DNA of 32,664 nt from Saprolegnia diclina VS20 (GCF_000281045.1 NW_008246108.1:97575-130238), one strand, 5' to 3'; counted from the stretch's first letter, positions 22,615 to 32,664 are shown. Numbers and translations are program-made. The notes: generated from the sequence alone by a model not told the origin.

Positions 22615-23853
22615 TCACAAGGCGACGGCCAGCGCCGCCGAGTGCCACCCGCCAAAGCCAATGTCAAACACAAAGAGGTTCTCGAGACCGATCGTCACTT
22701 GCGTCGGTGTGGGCACTCCGCGGCTGCCGTGGTTGCCGGTGCCGAGGGCAGCCGAGCCGTTGCCCCACGTCCAGACGTGCCCCGTGCTCGTGAGCACGCC
22801 CGAGTGCCAGTCGCCGTGCGTCACCTTGCACACGCCGAGGCTGGCCAGCGTCGCCGGCGTCACGTCCTTGAGATCGGTGCTGGTGACGACATACGACCGA
22901 ACCGAGTTGGTACGACTGTTGAAGATCGAGAGAGTCTGGTAGCACGCCGTGGCATGCGTTGCAACGATGGGGCGGCCACTGTCGTCGTTGAGCCGCTCCA
23001 GGTGCATTGGGCTCTGGCGCCAGAGGAACACATGCCCGGCGTCGGTGACGACTGCAGTAAAGTCGGCGCCGGCGACGACTTGCACGGCCCGGTCGTCGTC
23101 GAGCGGCAGCTGCTCCGCGGCTTGCAAGGCCATGGTACCGAGGTCGTTCACGTGTCTCGTCTTGACAGCACCGTTCGCAAAGAGCACGGCGACGTGGCTC
23201 CAGCCCGCAACGACGTCGACGACGGGCGCATCGGTCGCCGAGTTGCATTGCACAACCGACACCTGGCGCGACTCGGTCCAGGCGTAGGCGGCGCCGCTGT
23301 CGCCCAGCGCGCATCCGTGCGTGCGCCCGCTGCTGAGGCTCCGACACGGCTCGTCCACGGGCACACGAAGCCGATCATGCGATCCATAGCCGTTGAACGA
23401 GCCCCAGAACCAGATGCAACCGTCTTGCGTGAGCGCGTGCATGCCAAAGCCCGAGCACGTAATGCGGGCGACCTTGCCGAGGCCCGACGTGTCGATGGCG
23501 CGGGGACGATCGACGGTCGTGTGGCCGCCGCCGGGGCCTAGTCGACCGTTACTGCCGACGCCCCACGTCAGCACGATGGGCGCGTGCATGCGCCGGTACA
23601 GCGTGGCCCACTGGGCCGTTGCCCGCGGGAACGCCTGTGGCGCAATGCGAAAGTCCCGGACGCACAGCGCCTCCCAGAGCACCGTCGACGCGGCGACGGC
23701 GGTATGCAGAAGGCGCGTTGTGGCCGCCAGCTGCAGCACGGACCGAACGTCCATGTACTCGGCGACGACCTCGAGCACATCCGGGCCGAGGTCGAGCAGC
23801 ATCCTGCTTGGTCTGGCGTGTGGGATTGTGAACGTTGAAACCAGCCAGCTCAT
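22615..23853 (-). CDS. F-box protein with RCC1/BLIP-II-type beta-propeller repeats, intronless (alternative start 23802)
   Basis: N-terminal F-box LLDLGPDVLEVVAEYMDVRSVLQLAATTRLLH...LWEALCVRDF. RCC1 repeats include VLTWGVGSNGRLG, VVAGWSHVAVL, VVAGADFTAVVTDAGHVFLW, HGDWHSGVLTSTGHVWTWGNG and IGFGGWHSAALA. Confidence 0.9.
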   Translation of the reverse strand: MSWLVSTFTIPHARPSRMLLDLGPDVLEVVAEYMDVRSVLQLAATTRLLHTAVAASTVLWEALCVRDFRIAPQAFPRATAQWATLYRRMHAPIVLTWGVGSNGRLGPGGGHTTVDRPRAIDTSGLGKVARITCSGFGMHALTQDGCIWFWGSFNGYGSHDRLRVPVDEPCRSLSSGRTHGCALGDSGAAYAWTESRQVSVVQCNSATDAPVVDVVAGWSHVAVLFANGAVKTRHVNDLGTMALQAAEQLPLDDDRAVQVVAGADFTAVVTDAGHVFLWRQSPMHLERLNDDSGRPIVATHATACYQTLSIFNSRTNSVRSYVVTSTDLKDVTPATLASLGVCKVTHGDWHSGVLTSTGHVWTWGNGSAALGTGNHGSRGVPTPTQVTIGLENLFVFDIGFGGWHSAALAVAL

Positions 23854-24022
23854 TGCAGCCAATCAGAAGGCGTGTCGGCAGATCGCCATTATTTTTGCTC
23901 CGCGCGAATCTTTGACATTTTTGTATGTCCAGTTTTGTCTGTCATTTTCGGGTTTGTGGAGAACATGACAGTGCCAACAGTGCTAGCATATACAGCCTTG
24001 GCCCACCAATCATCTATTATCG

Positions 24023-24062
24023 AAACTCAAAACTCAAAACGCAATCTCAAAACGCAATCTCA
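24023..24062. repeat. Short tandem duplication (CTCAAAA / CTCAAAACGCAAT x2) just downstream of the ankyrin gene stop
   Basis: aaactcaaaactcaaaacgcaatctcaaaacgcaatctca is read directly from the sequence. Confidence 0.7.
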
Positions 24063-24066
24063 AGAG

Positions 24067-26141
24067 CTAGAATGTCCGTAGATCCGCAAAGCACTTGACG
24101 AGGTACCCACGGCGCTGTGCGACCGCCCAGGTGTACATGGCGTCCACAATCTACACGTGTACGTCAGTGGCTATCGACGGTGGCCAGCGATCTACCTCCC
24201 GCCGCCGCGACAAGGCCGAATGCAAACACAGCTCCACGACGGCAAGACCCGCACTTGTAAAGGCATTGTCCAAGAGCACCGCAAGGACACGGACCAAAGC
24301 CGTGGTCTACGCAATCGTTCACATTCCGTCCCCTTCAACCATTCCAACACACGCGACCTACCGCAAGCAGCGGGGCAACCGCATCGAGGAGGCTGGCCAG
24401 GCTGTGGCGGGAGCACTCTAATAGCCACGGCCAGAGCGAAGTACGGTACTACATACCAAAAACAAAATAAGAATACGTCGTCCCACAGGCGTCGAACCTT
24501 GTCTTGGGCAACGAGAGGCCACGTCACAATGACGGCGCCGGTCGCGGCCAGGTGCTTGAAGAGCGACACGTGACGTCGCTGGGCCACGTACGCCAGCGGC
24601 GTACACCCCATCTAGGGTTCTTGGCTTCACATGTGCGAGGATCCCCGTCTACCTTGTCCGGGGTGTTGAGGGGGACGCCCATCTCTCGTAGCATCGTCGC
24701 CATGGCCACGTCGCCGCCACAGAGCGCAGCTACATGCAGCGCTGTGTGTCCTGCCTATGCTTTGTTGATCAACTTCAAAGACTTGGTGCGTGGGCTCTCA
24801 AGACCTCGTTGCAAAGGCGGGCGTGGTTGGCAATGACGAGCCGGGCGAGGACTACGCTGTGCAGCTCGATGGCCACGCGTAGCGACCGAAGGCGCGTCTA
24901 CTCCACTACGTTCTTTGGTGCTAGTGCAAGAAAGAGCGTTACCTCGGTGGAGACAGTGTCGCTGGCCAACAGGATGTGGACCATCGCCGTGTCGTGTCGC
25001 TGCAGTGCGAGCTCGAGCTACGCCGACCATAGCGTGAACGCCATCATTCCAATGTCAAGGAGAGAGGTGGGCGTACGCTGGAGACACCGATGGATCGCTT
25101 GTCGCGGAGGTTGACATCGCCGTCGTGGTGCTGCAGCATCTTGCGCACAAGGAGGTGCTGGGACGATGCCACCGCCGCGTGCATGCTCGTGTGTCCCCGC
25201 TACATGCGCCGCGTCAATACGATTCGAGAATCATCCACGCACCGCATCCCGAAGGTTGCAGTCGGCGCCGCCATCGAGAAGGAGTCGGGCCAACACGTCG
25301 TTGCCGTTGGCAATGGCTTGCAACAGCAGCGGGGTGCCCGTCTATGTGAAGTAGCGTTGACACATTGAGGTAGCCCTTGAGGGCCATGACGCATACATTG
25401 TCAAAGACGTTGGCGTTGGCGCCGTACTGTAAGAGAAGCGCGACAATGCCGTGCTCTTGCTTGCGCGCAGCGACGTGCAACGGTGTCTCCCACGCCTACG
25501 CATCTTCTCAGATGATGCATGATACGTCGGTGTCATGGACTCGCCTTGTTAAGCATGTTGGGGCAGCTGCCAAACTGCAAGAAGAGCTCCACGAGCGTTG
25601 CATGGCCGGCTTTGGTCGCGCGGTGGAGCACTGTCTCGCCGTTCTACGCATATATTCACCGTAGTTTGTGGGCGCGCAAGGTGGGGATCGAAGCGGGTAC
25701 CTGGAGCAAATGCACGTTGGCGCTATATTCCAAGAGCAGCTGGAGCTCTGCATACCGGCGGGGGTTGGCCGCGCCCATGTACAAGGGCGTCGACGCATTC
25801 TACTCGCAGCATCCTGCGACTCTGCCGTGAAGATGAGGACGTACGATGTCGAGGACGTTGGGATCGGCGCCGGCCTGTAAAAGGAGCGCGATCGCGTCGG
25901 TGTAGCCCTTGCGCATGGCGACGTGCAGCGCCGTGCACGCGGGTGCCGATACTACCGAGGCCATAGGCGCGTGCACCAACGACGACCGGTCGACGTCGGT
26001 CTTGCCAGTGGTGCGGAGGGATCGAACGCAAGCGACGTGGGCACCCGTGTCGCCCATAGCATCGGGGCTTAGGAGCGCTCGCATCGCGCGCACGTCGCCA
26101 GCGTCCACCGCAGCGTCCCATGCACGTCGTACGTCCGACAT
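24067..26141 (-). CDS. Ankyrin-repeat protein (about 9-10 repeats) with a helical C-terminal tail, multi-exon
   Basis: Repeats include CTALHVAMRKGYTDAIALLLQAGADPN, STPLYMGAA, GETVLHRATKAGH, ETPLHVAARKQEHGIVALLLQYGANAN, GHTSMHAAV, GHTALHVAALCG and GCTPLAYVA. The spliced tail ends LVKCFADLRTF*, with TAG at 24067-24069. Confidence 0.85.
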
Positions 26142-26222
26142 GGCGCAAGCAAGAGTTGATGGCCGTCCTTTCTACCAGCAAAGATTCGATTTTCGATGGT
26201 TTTGGCGTCTTCCTCGCATTTG

Positions 26223-26290
26223 ATTGGTGCGAAATGTATCGTATTGGCGTTTTTGATTGGTCCAATGGTCGTCTTGGCGCAGGCCATTGG
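26223..26290 (-). promoter_or_regulatory. Cluster of five CCAAT boxes upstream of the ankyrin gene start (26141)
   Basis: ATTGG at 26223, 26243, 26256 and 26286, and CCAAT at 26262, all within 70 bp and 80-150 nt upstream of the ATG. Confidence 0.6.
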
Positions 26291-26630
26291 CTAAAAATAC
26301 GCCACCGCGCAGCGGCAATCCCGTGACCTCAACCTCATGCACTCGGTTCTCACGTCAAGGACTGAATGGGTTGCTGCATTTTTGAGGTTGAGATTGAGAT
26401 TCGTTGCCAAGTACGAGCCAATACATGTTCCCTTTGGCGGAACTTCCGTCACTGGGGTGGTCAACCCTTGCCGACTGTCGACTTGACGGTCCTTGTCCCT
26501 CCGTCTCCACTAAGCTTAGCAACCACCAAGCGTGCACTTGCGCAGACAATAGAACGACGCGTGTACAGTTGCAAGTGTATATCAAGTCGTTCAACGACGT
26601 TTTGTGTGCATGCTCATCCTGCGGCAGCGC

Positions 26631-28396
26631 TTACTCCTGGGCGTTCATCTCTTCGTGGCCCAAGCCTTCGCGGACCTGCGTCCGGCGGGCGTAGTACAGG
26701 TCGAGCTGCTTCTTGGGGATCTTCTTAAGGAGCTCCTTGGGGAAGGCGCGGAAGAGGGACCACGCGAGGTCGAGCGACTCGAAAATGTCACGCGACTGGT
26801 ACGGGCCCTGGGCGATGAACTTGCCCTCAAACTTGTCGGTGAACTTGAGGTATAAGTGATCTTCCATCGAGAGCGCTTCCTCACCGACGACCGCCTTCAT
26901 CGCCTGCACGTCCTTGCCCGTCGCATAACTCGCATACTAAGCATACATCGTCAACTTGGCAAAAGCAACGACAGGACAACGTACGAGTTGGTTGGAGACG
27001 GCCGAGTGGTCGTCGCGCGTCATGCCTTCGCCAATGGCGGACTTCATGAGGCGCGAGAGCGACGGAAGCACGTTGATCGGCGGGAAGATCTGACGGTTGT
27101 GCAGCTGGCGATCGACGTAGATCTGGCCCTCCGTGATGTAGCCCGTGAGATCCGGGATCGGGTGCGTGATGTCGTCGTTGGGCATCGTCAGAATCGGGAG
27201 CTGCGTGATCGAACCGTTGCGGCCCATGACACGACCGGCACGCTCGTAGATGGTCGACAGATCCGTGTACATGTACCCGGGGTACCCACGGCGACCGGGC
27301 ACTTCTTCGCGGGCGGCCGACACCTCGCGCAGCGCGTCGGCGTACGACGACATGTCGGTGAGGATGACGAGCACGTGCAAGTCGCGTTCGTACGCGAGGT
27401 ACTCGGCGGTCGTCAACGCGAGACGCGGCGTAATGATACGCTCGATCGTCGGGTCGTTGGCCAAGTTCATGAAGAGCGCCGTGTTCTGCATGCAGCCGCT
27501 CTCCTCGAAATCGTTGCGGAAGAAGCGCGCGGCTTCCATGTTGACACCCATGGCACCGAAGACGATGGCAAAGTTGTCCTGGTGCGAGTCCATGACGTCC
27601 TTGCGCTGCACGAGACCGGCCTGACGACAAATTTGGGCGGCAATCTACAGCGCGTATTGAGTGAGCAACGGATGATGGAGATGGATGGGCGTACTTCGTT
27701 GTGGGGCAAACCAGCGGCCGAGAAGAGCGGGATCTTTTGGCCACGCGCGATCGAGTTCATGACATCGATGGCCGAAATACCCGTCTGGATCATCTCCTTG
27801 GGGTAGTCACGGCACGACGGGTTGATGGGCTGGCCCTCAATGTCGAGGTAGTCCTCGGCGACGACCGGCGGCGCGCCGTCAATGGCCTTGCCCGAGCCGT
27901 TAAAGGCGCGGCCGAGCATCTCCTCCGAGATGGCCATCTTGAGCACATCGCCCGTAAACTCGCAGTGCGTGTGACGGTTGTCAATGCCATCCGTGCCCTC
28001 AAAGACCTGCACGACAGCCTTGCTGCCCTGCACTTCGAGCACCTTGCCTTGGCTACAAATGCATCATGAGCCTCTTGCACCAATGCCAATGGCGACCTAC
28101 CGCACTTCGCCCGTCGACAAGGTCAAGTTGACGATTTCGGCAAACTTGGGCAGCTACTCGAGACGGCTCAGCAAGGCCATGGCCATACTAGGCGAGGTAC
28201 CTTGACGTTCTCGAGAATGACGAGCGGACCGTTCACGCCCGAGATGGTGCGGTAGTCTACGTGCTTGGCATGAGTCGACGCAGCGCGCGCAGCATGACGC
28301 ACCGATGCGGGGCTCGACGTAGTAGTCGCGGACGACGGCCTTGGCATGCGTCTCGAACATCTGCAGGTCGACCGACTTTCCATGGTGGCTGCTCAT
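26631..28396 (-). CDS. ATP6V1B: V-type proton ATPase subunit B, 6 exons
   Basis: Motifs include [138 protein letters not shown] and [12 protein letters not shown]. Confidence 0.98.
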
Positions 28397-29184
28397 CTTG
28401 ACGCTCTTCCGGGCGGCAGTCAAAAACTACTTTTGAGGGCCCCACGACAAGGAAGTCAAGCATAAACTCTCACAGGTATTTTTAGCATACAAATCGCCAT
28501 ACAAACCGAGGCCCACCAGTGCAAGATCCGCGACAACCTCTACGAATTAATACGTATATCCGGATACCGCATCCGGGAAGGTGCGGCGCCGGCAAGCCTT
28601 GCGATTCGCACACATGAGTACACTTGCATATCCGGACACCCCACCCAGCGCCAAAACGGTCTCCCAAGCTCTCACCGATACGCTTGGAGGCACGCAAAAC
28701 TGCAAGCGAGTACGAGCCGTGTTGCTTCCCTTGTTTAATGTATACAAGGCCCTTGAGCCTGTATGTAAGGCGCTATGAGCACTTGCGCGGTCGTGCTAGA
28801 GAGCTCGAGTCGCCGCGACTAATATCGCTCATCGGACTGATGCAAGGACCGCACCAGCCCTCGCATCGATGCTACCAAGGTGATGCGCCTCCTAGTACAT
28901 CACGAGTGCACTCTTGTAGACGCTCTTGCTTTGCGATTCAATGGCGCAGCTGCCGTGCGCGATTCCGCGCCCTATCATCCTGCGTATGTACTATCTATGG
29001 GAATTACGCGGGCGATGGACCCCTTTTTGTCCCAATCGATGTACAAAGTGTTGTGCGTCGTGGGCGAGGAGGCGCCAAGGGACATGGCAGTGGCTTTGCC
29101 CACGCGCCAACGACGCTCCGCAGCCGGCGGCTTCAATTCCCGCCGTGTCCTTCATATTAAAATTCATTTTCTTGCCGTCAAGTG

Positions 29185-30651
29185 TTAGCTGTCGCGGAGT
29201 GCACAGCGCCGGTCGTCAGCACTTCGCTGCTTGTTATAGCGCTACGCCAATTGCCAGTGCACATCGCTCTGCCTTCTCGATAGCGTCGTCGTCCGTACCT
29301 GTAAATAACTCTTGATCTGCTTGACGTCCTTGGTCGGTATAAAGGGCGCCATGTGCACAGGATCTAACCGATTGCATGAGCCCGAGCCTCTGTCGCGGCG
29401 TCGCACCCGTGTAGCCGTGGACCTCGACGAGGTCCTGGAACGTCTGCATCTCATTTTCATTCCAGCGCGAGTACGACCGCGCGCCGGTCTCCTAATCGCG
29501 GATCAGTCGCGTTCGTGCAAGCTTCGTACCGGCGGTGTCGGCTTGGTGGCGCGCTTCCACTCGGGCGCCGTGTGCCCCAGCGTCGTCCGGCATTGGTACA
29601 CGCTTTGGTGCTCGGCTCTGCACTTTTCACACATACCTACACAAGCTTGATCCAAGCTCTTGATGACGAAGAGATATGGTACGTTTGAGCGGGCGGGGCG
29701 CCGCCTTGGCAGCGACAGCAATGAGAGCGGGTGGTGCGAGCATCGGAGGGCGCAGCGGCAGAAATGACGGCGCGTACAGCGGCGGTGGCGGGTACATGGG
29801 CACCATGCCTACGGGCCGCGTCATTTCCGGTATCCTGCTGATTGGCTCGAGCTACCTCCAAAGGGCGGGTACATGGCCGGCGGCAGCACCGGCACAGTCT
29901 TCCACGACAGCGCCGTGTGCTTGTACAAGGCGCGGCAGTCGGTGACCGACTTGCCGAGACGATGACAGTCGAGACACTCTTCCTTGGCTGCCACGGCGCG
30001 GTTCTTGGAGATGGGCGCTGGCATTGGCGCCGGCAACGGCAGCGGCGACGGGCGCAGCATCGACGGCGTCTTTGGCAGCGGAAGTGCGTCCGGTGCGAGC
30101 GGTGGTTTTGCGGCTTCCTGTTCGCGAATGCGCATTTGGGAGGAGACAAACTCCTTCTCGGTGCGGCGGCGCGCTCGAAAGTGCTCGGTCGCTTGGATCG
30201 TCGCCAATAGCGCGCTCGGCTCGGACAGCGGTGTCGCCTCGCTGCATGGCGGCGATGGCTTGCGCTTCTTGAGGAGCACGACGTCGTTGGGCAGCGCTTG
30301 CAGTGGCGTCGCCTTGCCGTGGTCCTATTCGCCCATAACACACGAGTGAGGTGCGCGTACACGCACCACGTCGACAAAGACGCCGCAAAGCGAGTCGACA
30401 AAGTTGGCCATTTCGATGAGGTTCTTGTGCAAGATGCGTTGGTACGCGTGGGCAGTCTCGAGCGACCGGTACGCGTTCGGGTCGCTCCAGTTCTGGTGCT
30501 CGGCGATCGCCGCGATCATGTCTTCGTTCACTTGGAGCATCTAGTTGGAGCCATGAGCCTGGATGGGCGAGGCCATGGCGGCTGCCACGTCAGCGGCGAC
30601 CTGCGCAAAGACATCGCAGAGCGTCGACGGGTCCTCGTCGTCGTGGAGCAT
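29185..30651 (-). CDS. SS18/SSXT N-terminal domain protein with two CX2CX9CX5H motifs and a C-terminal SANT/Myb-like domain, multi-exon
   Basis: AQ|MLQVNEDMIAAIAEHQN...AYQRILHKNLIEMANFVD matches the SSXT pattern (ML-x2-N-x2-LI-x2-I-x3-QN...YQ-x2-L-x2-NL-x2-LA-x2-D). The spliced C-terminus RWNENEMQTFQDLVEVHGYTDPVHMAPFIPTKDVKQIKSYLQRY matches SANT/Myb. The stop TAA is at 29185-29187. Confidence 0.82.
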
Positions 30652-30668
30652 GGCGGCTGGCGCTACCT

Positions 30669-30774
30669 CCAATTGGCGGAGACGCGAGGAATAGATGCTA
30701 TTTTAGCCAATCCGTGATTTTCTGTCTCGGCGCGATTCGGATTGGCCCACCGAATACTTATTGCACAGGATTGG
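30669..30774. promoter_or_regulatory. CCAAT-box cluster upstream of the SS18-like gene
   Basis: CCAATTGG at 30669, CCAAT at 30707, and ATTGG at 30741 and 30770. Confidence 0.55.
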
Positions 30775-32454
30775 TTGAAAGACCGATTCAGGCCCTGGTC
30801 AGGGACTCGGAGCTGGGACGCGGGTGCTGAGAGCACGGTGCAAGCGTGGCATCTGTGCCTTGGTAGAATACGAGTGAACGAAGAAGGCACAGCAAACACA
30901 ATCGCCAAGGAAAGTAAGTGTCAAGGCGAGTATCAAGCCTGTATCAAATAATCTGTCGAGAGAGTTTGGTTTGGTTCAGTTTGGTTGAAACTCCAAGTGC
31001 AACGATTTCGCCACGCAACTACATAAAATACATGGTCAATTCTTACGGAAGGAGTGGCTAGACAACTTGTCGGTCAAGGCACGGAGCGTGGCAGCCTCGC
31101 CTACGCTGCCTTGGTGATGGTGACGTTATAACTCCAGGTCAGGGAAACGTATGTGCGCATTTAACCCAAATATGCAAGACAGAAGAGCCAGACGAGCCCC
31201 CGCGCCGCCGCCTGCGCAGCCACGGACCGGCGAGCGAATGAAGAAGAAGGAGATTGCTAGTCTCTACGTATGCGAAGTCTTTGTGTAATTATGAAGATAA
31301 CGCGAAACACGTTCATATATATGCAAGCTGGACGGTTTGACTGCGCTTCAAAGCAGTGTAGTACGGGCTCCGTTGAGTCATAGCTCGTGAAGGCGCACTG
31401 TGTACTTGCAGAGGACGGATTGGAGCTCCTCGGCGATGGAGCTGAGCGTGAATACGTAGCAATGGCTACGGACAACAAATCTCAACCCCACACGCAGAGA
31501 AAGGCGGCTGTGAGCAATATCAAGGTTGTACCAACGGGTCGCAAATCGAAATCACAAAATCCAACAATCGAACGTGGGAAGAGGACACAATTAGCTGTTA
31601 GACAAGCACAAATTTCTAAACCACTAGTCACTGCAAGTACCTATCCTTGTGGTCGATTCGCTTTCGATGACCATGCTGTCTCCAACACAAACCAAGCCGA
31701 AGGAAATGCTGACATTCAGCAATTTCCGCGACCGAGACCGTAGGCTCCAATCCCAGTTGCATCCCTTCGTCGTTGCATGAACCAGGCTAGATGTAACTGC
31801 GTCTCCCTCTTAAATCGAAGACGTCTTCCCCGGTGTGCTCTCAGCCATTGGGTTTCGTTGGCAGTGTTTGCATTGTCGTCGTCGTCGATGCGCCATCCGC
31901 ACGTCGTTTCTTGAAGTAACACGGTCATGGTTCTTGAAGTACCGAGGACACGAGCCAGTGCACATTGCCATACGGTCGTAACACGATGAAGTTGTCGTCA
32001 CGACCGACTCGCAGGCGAGAAGGCCTCGCTGCGGTGGGCTCGCATGGATGCGCAAAGCTGTAGCTTTGCTGCTGCGACCACGAGCTGCAAGCCTCAAGAT
32101 TCCTAGTTCCGACCGGTCGTATAATAGACTTTGAAGAGTAGCCACTGCTAAGCAGCCATGGGTGCAGGGTCGTCTTGCGACACGCAGGATAGTCTGTGAG
32201 GACATGACCGCGTCGTTGCCAGTCTGTCGTTGCCGTGGTTGTGAGCTCGACTGCGCCGGGCAGCATCCGAGCGCGAGCGACCGCTTGCCTGGACGCTCAG
32301 ATACCCGTCGTATGAGCTGACGAAGAGAGGTCGCTACTCGTACGAGTACGTCACTTGCTGCTGCGAAATTCGCGTGCTGTACATCGCGGGCGCGTGTCAC
32401 GCCGTGTCATTGGCAGGATTGTAAGGTGGACCACGCTTGACAACCAAACGCGGT

Positions 32455-32470
32455 GCTCACTTTTCAATTT
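32455..32470 (+). promoter_or_regulatory. Oomycete Inr+FPR core promoter GCTCACTTTTCAATTT
   Basis: Near-perfect match to GCTCAYTYYNCAWTTT, ending 5 nt before ATG 32476. Confidence 0.7.
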
Positions 32471-32475
32471 GCAGC

Positions 32476-32664
32476 ATGCGAGGGTTCGTTGCGCTCTTGG
32501 GTGGTCTTGCCGCCGTCGCCGCCGCAGTGCTCGAGCCGTCGGCACAGGACGTACTCCTCGTGCACGACCCGACGTATATCAATGAAGCTGCACCCGAGAT
32601 CTTGCCTGCTGCCAGCACGGATCCACCCGCCCTCGGTGTCGTACGCGACTTGCGCTTGATGGCC
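32476..32664 (+). CDS. 5' part of a putative secreted or membrane protein (signal peptide), truncated by the window end
   Basis: The frame MRGFVALLGGLAAVAAAVLEPSAQDVLLVHDPTYINEAAPEILPAASTDPPALGV... stays open to the window end and lies behind an Inr/FPR promoter. It has a basic n-region, a hydrophobic core and an AxA cleavage motif. It is absent from the ORF track because there is no stop codon in the window. Confidence 0.7.
   Translation, partial: MRGFVALLGGLAAVAAAVLEPSAQDVLLVHDPTYINEAAPEILPAASTDPPALGVVRDLRLMA

Noticed and set aside
22612..23541. 309-aa plus-strand ORF opposite the F-box/RCC1 gene
   Set aside because: Antisense shadow; the minus frame carries the recognisable domains.
26856..27806. 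316-aa plus-strand ORF and 287-aa alternative-frame ORF within V-ATPase B
   Set aside because: Antisense or off-frame shadows of a conserved, codon-biased gene.
28581..29188. Plus-strand ORFs between V-ATPase B and the SS18-like gene
   Set aside because: No motifs or codon bias; the space is adequately explained by the V-ATPase promoter and the SS18-like 3' UTR.

Overview
Compact, GC-rich eukaryotic genomic DNA with many very short (about 40-75 nt) spliceosomal introns (typically GTACG...TAG) and oomycete-type core promoters (TCAYTY-n-CAWTTT, CCAAT boxes). By inference it is an oomycete, probably Saprolegniales. About 13 protein-coding genes can be reconstructed by hand. In order: a PH-domain protein; an intronless helical repeat protein; a RUS/DUF647 protein; formate-tetrahydrofolate ligase (16 exons); three tandem, highly diverged paralogues each carrying about 7 Tudor/Agenet-like modules; two ankyrin-repeat genes flanking an intronless F-box/RCC1 gene; V-ATPase subunit B; an SS18(SSXT)-2xCX2CX9CX5H-SANT/Myb protein; and the 5' end of a secreted protein. 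The most notable items are the multi-Tudor triplet, the SS18/zinc-motif/SANT fusion and a GC-AG intron required by ankyrin periodicity. No rRNA, tRNA, CRISPR array or recognisable transposon was found. Gene models are manual splices with no database searches, and several 5' ends are uncertain.
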